From positions 3,720,001 through 3,784,000 of the forward strand of contig CM059453.1 in assembly GCA_030390025.1 (NCBI GenBank): DNA of 64,000 nucleotides, given 5' to 3'. This stretch comes from Squalus acanthias (taxonomy: Eukaryota). Under the pieces are notes generated by a model. It worked only from the letters and a program-made list of their open reading frames with translations. It ran no database searches and was not told where the DNA came from. Below, in pieces: positions 12,609 through 26,157 of the stretch (position 1 is its first letter; each line of letters starts with the position of its first letter). Made by a program: the position numbers and the translations under genes.

Positions 12609-15221
12609 ACATTGCTTAATGCACAAACGGTAAACATGGAATATTATTACAAATCAGTCACATCTGTAGTGGTAGGTATTATATATTTAATTAGCTGAAA
12701 GTTAACTCAAAATGCACTTGGAAAGCATTGCTCTACTCAATGGAGAATGAACGTGTCTAATATTCCATCAGGTGGACTGATCGTGGCAAAAGAATTTTGC
12801 TTTCTAAATGCAATGAGATGATTTCCTGGTTGAGTTACATAGAATGACATAGAATGCACAGCACAAAAACGAGCCTTTCGGCCGGTGCTAATGCTCCACA
12901 CGAGCCTCCTCCCACCCCTCTTCGTCGCAGCCTATCAGCGTATCCTTCTGTTCCTTTCTCCCTCATGCGTTTATCTAACTTCCTCTTAAAGGTTATAAGA
13001 GGTCGAGGACGATTGAGGTTCCATGGACGGAATCAGCTTTTATTGGTCATTCATTTTTTCGATTGCGTTTTGTGAATTCGTGCGATTTCCCAACATAAGG
13101 TGATCATCGCTTTATATATACTACGGAAATCACACTTCAAGGCCCTTTATATATTTTAGGAACACTCTTTTATTGTTGATATTCTAAAATTGAATTTGAA
13201 GCTCTCTCTGGCAGTTTATTGTTGGGAACAGGTTAGGCATTCACTGTGGGGTCAGAGATTAAGCGAGTGAGAGGCAGAAAGCTCCATGGGTTGAATGTTG
13301 CATTGACATTGTATCTGCAGCGGCCGTTCTCGCTGAGCGTTTACTTTGCTTGGCTATTGCCTGGTTAGAACTCTAATTGTAAGTCCATGAATGTAACATT
13401 GCTCATGCAAAGAGCTCTCACAACTACTAGAAACTTAAAAAAGCTTCAGGGAGAGGGAGAACTCCTGTTCTCTAAACATTTAAATTGGGATCTTTAGGAT
13501 TAACGGGTGTCGAGGGTGTTGAATTTGTAAACTGAAGTTTTACGCCACACCGGGTTAATTCTTTATGACTTGATAATTTGTGCGACTCTTGCCTTAAGAG
13601 AGCCTAACTCAGGTAAAACCACGACTAGGTCAGGCCCTGACTCATTTTCATTATTCTTCCCTCTGGATCAGGCCGAATTCGCTTTGCACCACCGCTAACC
13701 CTTGTTGTTTACACTCCTTAAACAATCTCATCCCACTCACCATCCTATTCACAATTAACTTTCCTCTGGCCTTGAATATTTATGTTTTGAAATTTGATAG
13801 GCACTCTGTGCATATTTCCGAATGCTTTCAATACTTGGAAAATATGCCCATTAGTGCTATCTTTTATGGGATGAATTTCCTCAGCAGTTTATTAGCCACG
13901 TGACAAAAATAACCAAGCTCATCAAAGTGAAGTCGTCAGATGAAGACAATGAATCTTCCGTGTTCCTTCGCTTTTTCCCAGTCTTTGTGTGGTTGATTCG
14001 AAATTACAGTTTCGAATTGAAGGTGAACAGATTTGATGTATCCGTGGATGAAGATGTAGAAAATGGCCCCAAACTTAGGCAAGGTAGCATCATCCTATCA
14101 GACTATCAGAGAGCAGGCGCATGGGAACACCACCACCTCCAAGTTCCCCTCCAAGTCACACACCATCCTGACTTAGAAGTATATCGCCGATCCTTCATCA
14201 TCACTGGGTCAAAATCCTGGAACTCCCTACCTAACAGCACTGTGGGAGCACCTTCACCACACGGACTGCAGCGGTTCAAGAAGGCGGGTCACCACCATCT
14301 TCTCAAGGGCAATTAAGGATGGGCAATAAATGCTGGCCTTGCCAGCGGCGCCCACATCCCATAAAAACGAATTAAGAAAAGCTATTTTCCGAGCAGTAAG
14401 TGCTTTGTCCTCGACAGGCCAGCCCACAGGAAAGGCTCCAGGATGTTGGCAGAACCTCCAGAGAGTAGCCTAGAACCTGAATAGGTGAAAGACTACAAGG
14501 AGTTCGGGAATTACATTTACAGAGATGCCCAGACAAAGACCGTTAAAAGTGGCCATGACCATTGGGAGCAGTAAGTGAGTGGCTGGAATTTCCAACCATC
14601 TCATGTTACAAGGGTGGGAATTTTAACTTTTGGTGATCGTGTAAAACGGGCAATATTGGATCGGTCGCCCGTTATGCACCACTCGCGATTTTCCTTTCCA
14701 TTGAAGTCAATATTTGTGTCGGGCTTTGGATAATTCTGCCCAAATTTGATATACTTGCAAAGATCAGGAGATAAGCCCAAACAAGGAATTGGTGTAAAAT
14801 ATAGCGTGCAGTTAATTGGGTGCAATTTTAACTATAAGCGATAATGCAAAATGAATGATATGGAACTCAATGCCCATTATATGCCCCACCCGAATGTTGC
14901 CGTCCATTGATGTAAATGGAGAGCAAAATCAAGCAAGGGCACTTTCGGCAAAGTATTGTTAAGTTTACACTAGAAATTGAATGGCGTGTTTGGAACAAAT
15001 AACTAGATCGAACCTTTGCTGTGCACATATGGTGCTTAATAAATCCATTTGGACTATATATGCACAGCAGTATGTACAGAGAGACACGCTGACAGGTAGG
15101 AAGAGGCCGTGAGATGCCATTTTTCTCAAGTTAGTGAGTTGCCCAACATATCACAATGAGAACCAAAGCAACTCTGAGTCAATGTACATTGATCCTGATC
15201 CCATAGTCTGTATCTCATCAA

Positions 15222-16140
15222 TAAGAACATAAGAACATAAGAAACAGGAGCAGGAGAAGACCAATCGGCCCCTCGATCCTGCTCCACCATTCAATAAGAT
15301 CTTGGCTGATCCAATCTTGGCCTCAACACTACTTACCCGCTCCCTCCCCATACCCCTTGACTCCCTTGTAGTTCAAATATCTGTCAATCTCCTCCTTGAA
15401 TATATTCAATGACCCCGCCTCCACAGCTCTCTGGGGTAGAGAATTCCAACGATTCATGACCAAACGAGAGAAGAAATTCCTCCTCATCTCCGTCTTAAAT
15501 GGCGACCCCTTATTCTGAAACTATGCACCGTAGTTCTAGATACCCCCACTAGGGGAAACATCCTCTCAGCATCCACCCTGTCAAACCCCCTCAGAATCTT
15601 ACATATTTCAATAAGATCCCCTCTCATTCTTCTAAACTCCAATGAGTATAGGCCCAACCTGCTCAACCTTTCGTCATACGTCAACCCCTTCATCCCAGGA
15701 ATCAACCGAGTGAACCTTCTCTGCACTGCCTCCAATGCAAGTATATCCTTCGTTAAATATGGAGACCAAATCTGTACGCAGTACACCAGGTGCGGTCTCA
15801 CCAGTGCCCTGTAAAGTTGCATCAAAACCTCCCGACTTTTATACTCCATACCCTTTGCAATAAACGCCAACATTCCATTAGCCTTCCTAATTACTTGCTG
15901 TACCTGCATGTTAACTTTTTGTTCTGACGAAGGGTCATCGAACTGAAACGTTAACTCTGTTTCTCTCTCCACAGATGCTGCCTGACCTGCTCAGAATTTC
16001 CAGCATTTTCTGTATTTATTTCAGAGTTCCAGCATCCGCAGTAATTTGCTTTTGTGCTAACTTTTTGTGATTCATGTACTAGGACCCCCGGATCCCTTTG
16101 TACCGCAGCATTTTGTAGTCTCATTCCATTTAAATAATAA
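15222..16140 (-). mobile_element. CR1 3' fragment
   Basis: LYRALVRPHL..CVQ.WSP; (CATAAGAA)n tail on the + strand. Confidence 0.9.
15923..16054 (+). mobile_element. Standalone ~130-bp Penelope terminal-repeat insertion carrying the hammerhead core
   Basis: tCTGACGAagggtcatcgaactGAAACGTTaact...; inserted in a CR1 with a ~14-bp TSD tg(t/c)taactttttgt. Confidence 0.85.
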
Positions 16141-16619
16141 TTGAAATAAATCAATGAATGAAGCTGGTGTTTCCGTTTACTTATTTACATTTTTAATGGA
16201 TCAATACCAAATTACAGTGTCATTAACAGTGACAGCGGAAATATTATACAATATAAGGCAAACAGTAAACTTGCTGAATACAGTTTGAAGTAGCTTTGAC
16301 GCATGTTTTCCATTTTGTCAGTGGAGAACGCTAATCTCCCATCTGTTTTATTTGTGCGGCTATCGCCCATCCCAGGTTGCCCTAACACTGAACGGCAATG
16401 TAAAACGACCAAGTAACAAGACTAATAACAAAAAGTTGCATTTATATAGCGCCTTTAACGTAGTAAAACGTCCCAAGGTGGTTCACAGGAGCGATTATCA
16501 AATAAATTTGATACCGAGCCATATAAGGATATATTATGACAGGTGAGCAAAACCTTAGCCACAGTGTTATGTTTTAAGGAACGCCACCGGCTGCACTTAT
16601 ACCGGAAGTTGATCTATCC

Positions 16620-17150
16620 CAACAACAAGGAATACAGCAACAACAACAACTTACATTTATATAGTGCGTTTAACATAATGAAATGTGCAAAGGCGCTTCA
16701 CAGGTGTATTATAAGAAAAAATCAATTGACAGCGAGCCACATAAGGAGCAATTGGGGCAGATGACCAAAAGCTTGGTCAAAGAGGTAGGTTTTAAGGAGC
16801 AACTTAAAGGTGGAATGAGAGGCGGAGCCGTTAAGGCAGAGAATTCCAGAGCTGAAGGCCTAAGCAATTCAAGGCACTGCAACCAATAATTGATTGATCA
16901 TAAACAGGGCTGCTCAATAGGGCAGAATTAGAGGAGCGTAGTTATCTCGGGGGGTTGTGGGGCTGAAGGAGATGACAGAGATAGAGGGACGAGGCCATGG
17001 AGGGATTTGAAAACAAGGATGAAAATTTTGAAATCGAGGCGTTGTTTAACCGGGAGCCAATGCAGGTCAGCGAGCACAGGGGAGATGGGTGAACGGGACT
17101 TGGTGCGAGTTCTGACACAGACAGCCGAATATTGGATGACCTCAATATTA
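16620..17150 (-). mobile_element. L2-type LINE 3' ends (also near 16400-16580, 28170-28720 +, 44470-44860 +, 53550-53940 -)
   Basis: Recurrent gcgctatataaatgcaagttgttg tail with an L2-like RT C-terminus. Confidence 0.75.
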
Positions 17151-18195
17151 TTAGGGTAGATTGTAACTTAATACTCATGTAAACTCTCACATAAACCATT
17201 GCATTATTTCATTGTTATTGATGGTGGTATATATTGATGGATATCTATTGATGGGAGTTGCTCTTCAAATATCACATGGCTGGAGTGAGTTTCTCAGGTG
17301 TGGCTCTGCATCATGCGCAGATCTCAGATGGGCGGGTCTTAGAGATGTAATTTCAGAGGACAGGTTGCATAAACTTCGCTTGTATTCCCTTGAGTATGAA
17401 GATTGAGGAGTGAACTGATCGAGGTGTTGAAAATGTTGAAAGGATTCGATAGGATAGATGTGGAGGTACTATTTCATCGGGTGGGGGAGTCCAGGACGAG
17501 GGGCATAATCATAGCAGTAGAGCTAGGCCGTTCAGGAGTGAAATTAGGAAGCACGGTTCAACACAAAGGGCTGTAGAAATCAGAAATTATTTGCCCCAAA
17601 AGGTTGTGGACGCTAGGAAACAATTGGGGCATTCAAGACTGAGATCAATAGATGTGTGTTAGCTGAGGGTGTCGAGGCGGAGCTAAGGTGGGGTAAATGG
17701 AGCAGATGTACAAATCAGCCGTGATCTAATTGAATGGCGGAGCAGGCCAGAGGGGCTATACGGCCTAATAATGTTCCTGTTCCTGTATTTCTATTGTGTA
17801 ATCAATAACGCGTTCATTGGGTAATGAATAATTGCTTATCTTATCTTAAGGCTTGGAAGACTTCTGAAGGAAATCATTTAAGATGTTACCCGCATTGAAA
17901 AGGCGAAAGTAGATCCGAGAACACCGCGGGATTGTTTGGAGCCTTGAAATTTGCCTGAGATATCAACCTGAAATTGATGTCGGCTATATTTGCGACCCAT
18001 TACTTATCAGTGAGAAGCGTTTCAGAGGGACCAATGAAGCATTGGCACCTGATGTCCAAATTTGTAATCTCAGGACCATAGAGATTACCGCACCAATAAA
18101 TCAGGCCTGCAGCTGGTCGTTTTGATGACTTTGCATTTTCCTACACTTAAAATCGACATGTTGAAGCATTGATGGAAAGAACTAACTCGGAGAGA

Positions 18196-18204
18196 CTACA
18201 GGTG
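18196..18204 (-). CDS. Probable terminal coding exon (His-Leu-stop), completing HIYQHL*
   Basis: ctctaactgtatacag|CAC CTG TAG in phase 0, in the first unique sequence beyond the intronic CR1; completes a YxxL motif. The pyrimidine tract is weak. Confidence 0.45.
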   Translation of the reverse strand, partial: HL

Positions 18205-18289
18205 CTGTATACAGTTAGAGCAGGACATACTCTTGCTATTAACGTGTAACTGTTTGACTGTCATGTCAAATCCGAGTGCACGTCTCCAT

Positions 18290-21045
18290 TATTTGGACAG
18301 ACAAAAAGGAAAAGGAGGTGGCGTAGCGCAATTAATAAGGGATGAGATCGGTTCGGTAGAGATAAAAGATCTTGGCTTGGCAGATCGTGATGTAGAACTG
18401 GAATCAGTTTGGGTGAAGCTAAGAAACAGCAAACGGCAGAAAACATTGGTGGGAGTTGTGTACAGGTCACCAAACAGTAGTGGTAATGTAGGGCACAGTA
18501 TCAATCAAGAGATTAGAAGTGCATGTAACAAGGGCAATACGGTAGTCATGGGGGACTTTAATCTACATATTGACTGGGCAAATCAAATTACCACTAATGG
18601 TGTGGAGGAAGAATTCTTGGAATGCATGCGAGATGGTTTCTTGAATCAGTATGTGGAGGAACCAACCAGGGAACAGGCTATTCTGGATCTGGTACTGTGT
18701 AATGAGGAAGGGCTAATCAATAATCTTGTGGTAAATGGGTCTTCAGGGACAAGTGACCATAATATGATTGAATTTTATATTAAGTTTGAGAGTGATGTAG
18801 TCCAATCTGAAACTAAGGTCTTCAATCTAAACAGATGAAACTACATGCGTACGAGGGACAAGTTGGCCATGGTAGATCGGGAGACTACACTAAAAGGTCT
18901 GAAGGTGGACATACAATGGCTAACATTCAAGGAAATAATGCATCATTTGCAACAAACATATATTCCTCTAGGGCATAAAAACCCAAAAGGAAAAGTGATC
19001 CAACCACGGCTAACAAAATAAATTAAAGCTACTTAACTATTTAGTCAAAGGAGGAAGCTTATAAAGTTGCCAGAAAAAGCGGTCAGCCTGAGGATTGGGA
19101 TCTTTTTAGAAATCAGCAAAGGGGGACCAATACATTGATAAAGAAAGGGAAAATGGAATATGAGCACTAACTAGCAAAAAATATAAAAAGGGATTGTAAA
19201 AGCTTCTATAGTATGTGAAAAGGAAAAGACTGGCGATGGTAAATGTAGGCCCTTTACAGTCAGAGACGGAAGAATTTATAATGGGGAATGAGGAAATGGC
19301 GGGGAAATTAAATAACTACTTTGTTTCTGTCTTCATGGAGGAAGAAACAAAAAACCTCCCAGAAATACTAGAAAACCAAGGGTGTGGCGAGAATGAGGAA
19401 CTTAAAGAAATTATTATTAGTAAGAAAACAGTACTAGCAAAATTAATGTGACTAAAAGTCGATAAATCTCAAGGACCGGACGACCTACATCCTAGGGTTT
19501 TGAAAGAGGTGGCCATTGGGATACTGGACGCATTGGTTGTCATCTTCCAAAATTCTATGGATTCTGGAACGGTTCCTGCAGATTGGAGGATAGCAAATGT
19601 AACCCCGCTATTTAAGAAAGGAGGGAGAGAGAAAACGGGGAACTACAGACCTGTTAGCCTCACATCAGTAGTTTGAAAAATGCTGTAATTTATTATAAAG
19701 GATGCAATAACTGGGCACTTAGAAACTAATTGTAAGATTGGGCAGAGTCAACATGGATTTATGAAAGGGAAGTCCTGTTTGACAAACCTATTGGAGTTCT
19801 TTGAGGATATAACTAGTGGAGTAGACAAAGGGGAACCGGTAGATGTGGTGTATTTGGATTTTCAGAAGGCCTTCGATAAGGTCCCACACAAGAGGTTGGT
19901 GAACAAAATTAGGGCACATGGAATTGGGGTTAATATATTAGCATGGATTGAGAATTGGTTAACAGACAGAAAACAAAGAATAGGGATAAACGGGTCTTTT
20001 TCAGGATGGCAGGCTGTGACTAGTGGGGTCCCGCAAGGATCGGTGCTTGGGCCCCAGCTATTCACAATCTATATCAATGATCAAGGACTAAATGTAACAT
20101 TTCCAAATTTGCTGATGACACAAAGCTAGGTGGCAGTGTCAGTTGCGAAGAGGATGTGAAGAGGCTTCAAGGTGATCTCGACAGGCTCAGTGAGTGGTCG
20201 AGAACATGGCAGATGGATTATAATGTGGATAAATGTGAAGTTATCCACTTTGTTAGAAAAAACAGAAAGACAGAGTATTTCATAAATGGTGAAAGATTGG
20301 GGAATGCAGATGCTCAAAGGGAAATGGGTGTCCTTGTACATGAGTCACTGAAAGTGAATGTTCAGGTGCAGCAAGCCATTAGGAAGGCAAATGGCATGCT
20401 GGCCTTCATTGCAAGGGGATTTGAGTGCAGGAGTAAAGAAGTCTTACTCCAATTATATAAGGCCTTGCTGAGACCACACCTGGAGTACTGTGTACAATTT
20501 TGGTCTCCTTACCTAAGGAAGGATATAATTACCACAGAGGGAGTGCAACGAAAGTTCATGAGATTAATTCCTGATGTGGCGGGACTGTCGTATGAGAAGA
20601 GATTGAGTAAACTAGGCCTGTATTCTCTTGAATTCAGAAGAATGAGAGGGGATCTCATTGAAGCATACAAAAAAAATACAGGGCTTCATAGGGTGGATGC
20701 TGGGAGAATGTTTCCCTTGGCAGGGGATTCTACAACCAGGGGCCACAGCCTCAAGATAAAGGGTAGGCCATTCAGAACTGAGATGAGCAGAAATTTCTTC
20801 ACACAGAGGGTGCTGAATCTTTAGAATTCTCTACCCCAGAGGGCTGTGGAGGCTCAGTCATTGGGTATATTCAAATCAGAAGTCGCTAGATTTCTGACTA
20901 GTAAGGGCCTCAACGGATATGGCGATAAGGCCGGTGAATGGAATTGAAGCAGAAGCTCAGCCAAGATTTCATTGAATGGCGGAGCGGGCTCGAAGGGCCG
21001 AATGGCCTACTCCTGCTCCTATTTCTTATGTTCTTATGTTCTTAT
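18290..21045 (+). mobile_element. Decayed CR1 ORF2 to 3' tail
   Basis: GDFN, SDH, YLDFQKAFD and GVPQGSVLGP motifs; (TTCTTATG)3 tail. Confidence 0.93.
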
Positions 21046-21140
21046 GATGCTCTGTAGGAAGGAAATAAAAGTTAAAACACGTTTGATTGGGACCAAATTA
21101 ACTCTGTGGTAGACAAGTGCTCAATGAATGAAGATCTCAC

Positions 21141-21194
21141 CTGGTAGATGTGTTGTGCTGGTATCTGGGGCGGACCGCCACTGCACGGCACGTT
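21141..21194 (-). CDS. Exon 12: cytoplasmic
   Basis: ttcttgtcttacag| ... CAG|gtgag; 54 nt, phase 0-0; NVPCSGGPPQIPAQHIYQ. Confidence 0.75.
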
Positions 21195-22342
21195 CTGTAA
21201 GACAAGAATTGCATAGAAATTATAAAATGGAAACAGGCCGTTCGAAGTACCTGTTCTGTTCCCATATCCCTTTGTTCGCCTTTCCTTCAACCAATGGCCT
21301 AACATATACTTACCAATGCAGTTGATTTATTTTCTGCCTATCAAATATAAAGCTCAAAAGTGACTATCTTATATTCACCTCATGTTATATTGTCATGCAA
21401 GTATCCATCGGAATTTCATTATATAATCACGAGCGCGGATTTCCAGCAAATGGTCAACCCCCGCCCCCCAAACCCCACCATGACCAGCGCGGCCATGTGG
21501 ACAGCCCAATCGTTGGTCACCCTACACCGAACCCCAGCAGAAGCGTTGCTGATCAGACTTTCAGTTCCCTTGTCTGGAGAAACGGACACCATGGGATAGA
21601 AATTGACGCGGGCGGAGACGCATCGGCCGTCTAAAATTGACCCCGGTCGATATTCCATTCCATTCGCTTATAATAGGCGGCGGATTTTCAACACATTGCT
21701 AACAACTTTCCCGTGTCTCGTATTTCTCACTGTAGGAAAACTGCACTGATTGCTCACAGAGCTTGAAATTCGAATTTAATAAAGGGCGAAAATACTGCTT
21801 TCCGGAAGTCCATTCAACTCAATGATTGCAAACGTACCACATATGTATGATGTTCTGACGGGTCTCTCGCCAAATAAACCTTTAAAATTAGAAAAGAATT
21901 GACATAATTAATCAGTATCGATAGAATTTCCGCAACAAAATTCAACCTCGGCGGAAAAGCTGCAGAAATGGGGAAGAGAAATTAAATTGATAGCATTTTA
22001 CGATTTGTAGATCACAAAACCGACAAAGTTAGATCTTGTATGCGTGGAACGATGCCACCTGGGCGGGTTGTGTTCACGACAACGTGAATATGGGGGGGGG
22101 GGGGTGGATTTCCCATAATCAATTTCGAGCCCAACGGTGAAGGTGTTTTAAAGGAACTCTTGCACACTTGATTGGAAGTAGGAAACCAAGGAACATCTTT
22201 TGCTCTGCTTCCGGTGTTGCTTTGACAACCATACAGGATCACCCGTTGGTAATAATACATTTGCATAGACTTTGTTTATTTTGTCTCTAGCATTTCCTAC
22301 ATTCCTATTAAATTCGTTACTGCAAACGAACATAATTCTTAC

Positions 22343-22419
22343 CTGCGCTGATATTTCCTCATAGTGTCGATCGGGATTTGGAGTTGTCTCTGTGTTCAGT
22401 GAAGACCGCGTTGAGGTTT
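22343..22419 (-). CDS. Exon 11: cytoplasmic, contains YEEI
   Basis: ttccttttttgccag| ... CAG|gtaag; 77 nt, phase 1-0; ETSTRSSLNTETTPNPDRHYEEISAQ. Confidence 0.82.
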
Positions 22420-23064
22420 CTGGCAAAAAAGGAAATTGAGGAATATGACTGGAAGTGTGGAGTAAAATTGCATACCTCTCTTCTTATGTACAAATCATTT
22501 AGTCACGCTGGGGAGATGACTGAACAGAACCCTGGCAGCTCTCCAGTATCTCACCCAAGTGGCTGTTTATCGGTATTGAACCTGGAGGCCAAAGGGCGCA
22601 ATTGCAGCCGGGACCTGACACTATCTGCAGCGGATCTGCACACGCGTGTATTCTCCTGAAAGAGGCGCCCAGCACTAATCAGAAACACAAACCTGTGCTG
22701 CACCTTCACCATCCTGCGGCAAGAGCAACAATTTTAGCGCCCCACCGCGGCCTGTTAGGGATATGACTGTATTCACCATAAATAGAGCACTGAGCGCTGG
22801 AGTTCTTGATAGCTCATTGTTGCACGGGACACGCATTTTTGTCATTGACCCCTTCGAAGAGAGATTTGTTCAATATTTACTTCCTGGAATGATTTGTTAA
22901 GATGGCTTGCATTATTTCAATAGTAATTACAGACAATACTAAACACGATTTAGACAAATATTGTTTGTGAACGGTTTAGTGTCAATTACAGCAACCAGCT
23001 GATCCATTGCCACAGAAGTTGAATTTTAGCATGCAATTGTTTCAGATCGAATTTGTCGAAATAT

Positions 23065-23826
23065 TGGCCCAGAAATTGCAGTGTCTGTGATGGCGTACTC
23101 TCAGAGTACACCGCCGAATTCCCTTTGAAATGCCCCGCAGGTTCCGGATTTTCTCCTACGCTTGCGCATGCGCGAAATCCGAAAGTTGCAATCTGTCAAT
23201 ATGCGCGTTGACAAGCCACCCTTGTGGGGTACGAAAAAGCAATCGCTGGCGCAGGTTTGGGCTATTTGCCCAGCGGCTGGCCAGCAATTGCTCATGTAAG
23301 TCTTATGGTTGATGCAAGCTGGCTTAGGGCCTGCTTGCATCAGTGTAAGGGGATATCTAAGGCTTAAATTAAACATGTTTACATCTTAATTTAAGCACAT
23401 ACACGTTACTAAACGAGTTTATGGAAATATTGGCCCCGATTAAATTATTACTGATGTATAAAATTATCAAAACATTATTTTTTATTGAGGTTGTTGCAAT
23501 GAAGGAACTTATGAGTGAAATTGTAATTCTCTACATTGTATGATTATTACATATGGGGATTCCATTGCACATCATTAGGGGATACACTTCGTAAATGATT
23601 GCAATGGAATTCTGCTCATTGGTTGGAGGACCGGACCCACATGATCCCAGGTACGCTTCCGACCCGCCTTCCTCCCTGGGATCCGTGGCCCATTACACAG
23701 CCCTCTGCCTCGAGGCCTGAGACCGCAAGTCTTCACAGCCTGGGTGCCAGAAGGTACTTTCGTAATTCTTTCACAGGGCGGAGACGTACGCAGGAGGTAC
23801 GCCTCCGAACGCAATTTCTAGCCCAC
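23065..23826. mobile_element. Non-autonomous TIR element
   Basis: tggcccagaaattgc ... gcaatttctagccca (13/15 inverted match). Confidence 0.65.
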
Positions 23827-24077
23827 TGTTATTTATGCGTCTCGCTCCTCCAGTTCCGCAGGCGCCTTCAAAATAGTTTAGAAGAATAAAAGTAACCATT
23901 TATTAAGTTCCAGTGCGATCTGTGTCTGGGATGTAGTTTTATTCCCAATTCAGATTCTTTTCATGCAATTTAGACAAACCAATAGAACATTTGCTTCGAG
24001 TAATTTTTACTGGTATATTCGCTCACTCATTCGTTGATTATTCATTCATTGCACTTCATTTTTCATTCATTACTTAC

Positions 24078-24179
24078 CTCGTGTCCGCTTACGGTATATG
24101 CAAAATACCACAAATGATGAAATCGCCACGCCAGCTATGGTTCCAAGAGTTGCTCCGACTATGAGTCCAATATTCACTG
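24078..24179 (-). CDS. Exon 10: transmembrane segment
   Basis: ttattttgcag|CAG (NAGNAG) ... G|gtaag; 102 nt; AVNIGLIVGATLGTIAGVAISSFVVFCIY followed by the RKRTR stop-transfer. Not in the ORF track. Confidence 0.9.
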
Positions 24180-25842
24180 CTGCAAAATAACCCAATAATA
24201 TCTCATTACAATTGTAAGTCAAGCCTTGTAGGAACCATGCAGTGTTAGGACCATCCAGCTTTCTCTGATGGAGTTAGCAGATGGGGCTATTGTACTTTAA
24301 AAAGGCCCCGTGAATCTCAGACTGAATATGAACTAAGGGAATGTTGACAAAATTTTCCTAGTATTAATTGACAGATTGGTAATGATCAATTTGACACAAA
24401 TTTATTAAAGTAATTACTGCGCTTTTTCTTAGTTTAGGTATAAAACAATATTAAATGAAGTGTGAGTAAATGAATGCATAATTATTAGCATTAAACGGAA
24501 AATCCGGTAATTTATTCCCTCTAAATATCGCCATGGAAACAGTTTCATCAACATCGAATATTTAGCTGGATTCTATGCTAGTCATTCCCCACCAAATAGG
24601 CTTTCATCTGCTTGTCCTCCTCTTTAAGTCCCTCAATTGCCCCAGTCCATCTAACGTAACCGTACTCCCACAACCATAGGCTGCATCAAATAGCTCTGCA
24701 CCTTGACTGCTGATTGACTGCCGAGCTTCCCTATCTTACAGCATTGGCTAGTCTTCAAAAGTAGCTCATTGCCTGTGATGCACTTGGGAACATCCTAAGG
24801 TCGTAACAGGCGCTACCTCAATGCCAGTTCTTTCTTTCTTCAATGCCCCCTTCACCCTACGGTAGGAAGCCCAGACTCCAGTCGCTATGTCCCTGCCTCT
24901 AGCATTTCCTTCCAAAATCATTTGTCTCGCCGCCTCCTTGCACGCCGTGCTGAAATGGAGCCAATTTTCCCATCCGGGCCTCCCACATCATGAGCAGATT
25001 GCAAGAGAATTGGAGGTGCAATTCCATACATTAAGGTAAATTTTAAAATAAAGTGCGCACTGCGTGCAGTTTTCCGCAGGGTTAGTGGATGGAATATTAT
25101 GGTAAGCAAGTACCTGGTAAACATCACGAATGATTCCTGTATGCGAAATGTTGACGTCTATATGCTTTTCTTAATCCCCATCCCGCACCTCCCACCACCC
25201 ACACAGACACATACATACAACTTTCTCCTTCCCCCAGAATAGACCTCACATTTTCTTATTCAGAACTCCCAGACTTCGGCGTAGAAATCAGTCTTGGCGG
25301 TAACGCTGCAGTATCCCGTCAGCTGCCTGTTACATCCCCTCCCCACCTCCCCCCAACACACACACACACATATTATATTCCGTTTTATTGAAGTCAAAGG
25401 AACTGATATTTTAAAATTCATTCATGGGATGTTGGCGTCGCTGGCAAGGCCGGCATTTATTGCCCATCCCTGAATTGCCCTTGGTGGTGGTGAGCCGCCT
25501 TCTTGAACTGCTGCAGTCCGTGTGGTAACGTTACTCCCACAGTGCTGTTAGCGAGCGAGTTCCAGGGTGTTGACCCAACGAGAATGAAGGAACGGCGATA
25601 CATTTCCAAGTCAGGATGGTGTGTGACTTGGAGGGGACCTTGGAGGTGGTGGTGTTCCCATGCGCCTGCTGCCCAAGGTGGTCGAGGTCACGGTTTGGGC
25701 AGGAAGTAAAAAGGGCTGCCAATTCGCTTTGATACCATTTCTATCTGATGGTGTGGACCAATTTCACCCCATTACATTAAGGAGAGCTACACAGCACGCA
25801 GGTAGGATGCTGATATTGCCACTTTTGGCTCCAGTGTCTCAC

Positions 25843-26157
25843 CTTGCCCTTCCAAATACACTTCAAATTCAAAGGCTTTCTCTCCAATTGCATTTCTCGC
25901 AAGGCAGGAGTATTTCCCTCCATCCGCCGTTTCAAAACTCTTGATGGCTAATTGAGAAAAGGTGCGGTTTGAAGTGATGGTGAACTTGGTGTCGGACGCC
26001 GTGATCGATGAGTTCCCTTTCGACCAGGCGAAGGTCGCCGGTAATAGTTCGGTAGCTGAGACTCGCACCCACTCGGTTAACGACACGTCTAAGGCAATGT
26101 CGGCATTCAGAGCCACGTTCAAATGCGGCCCGGAGGGTGAAGAGAGCTGGGGTTCAT
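25843..26157 (-). CDS. Exon 9: membrane-proximal I-set-like Ig domain lacking the B-strand Cys
   Basis: gatttacttag| ... G|gtgag; 315 nt; FAWSKG...SQLAIKSFETADGGKYSCLARNAIG. Confidence 0.88.

Noticed and set aside
16382-16387. Alternative terminal exon (ttcag|TGT TAG; another candidate at about 15151-15207)
   Set aside because: More distal and weakly supported; the 18196-18204 candidate is preferred, though these are not excluded.
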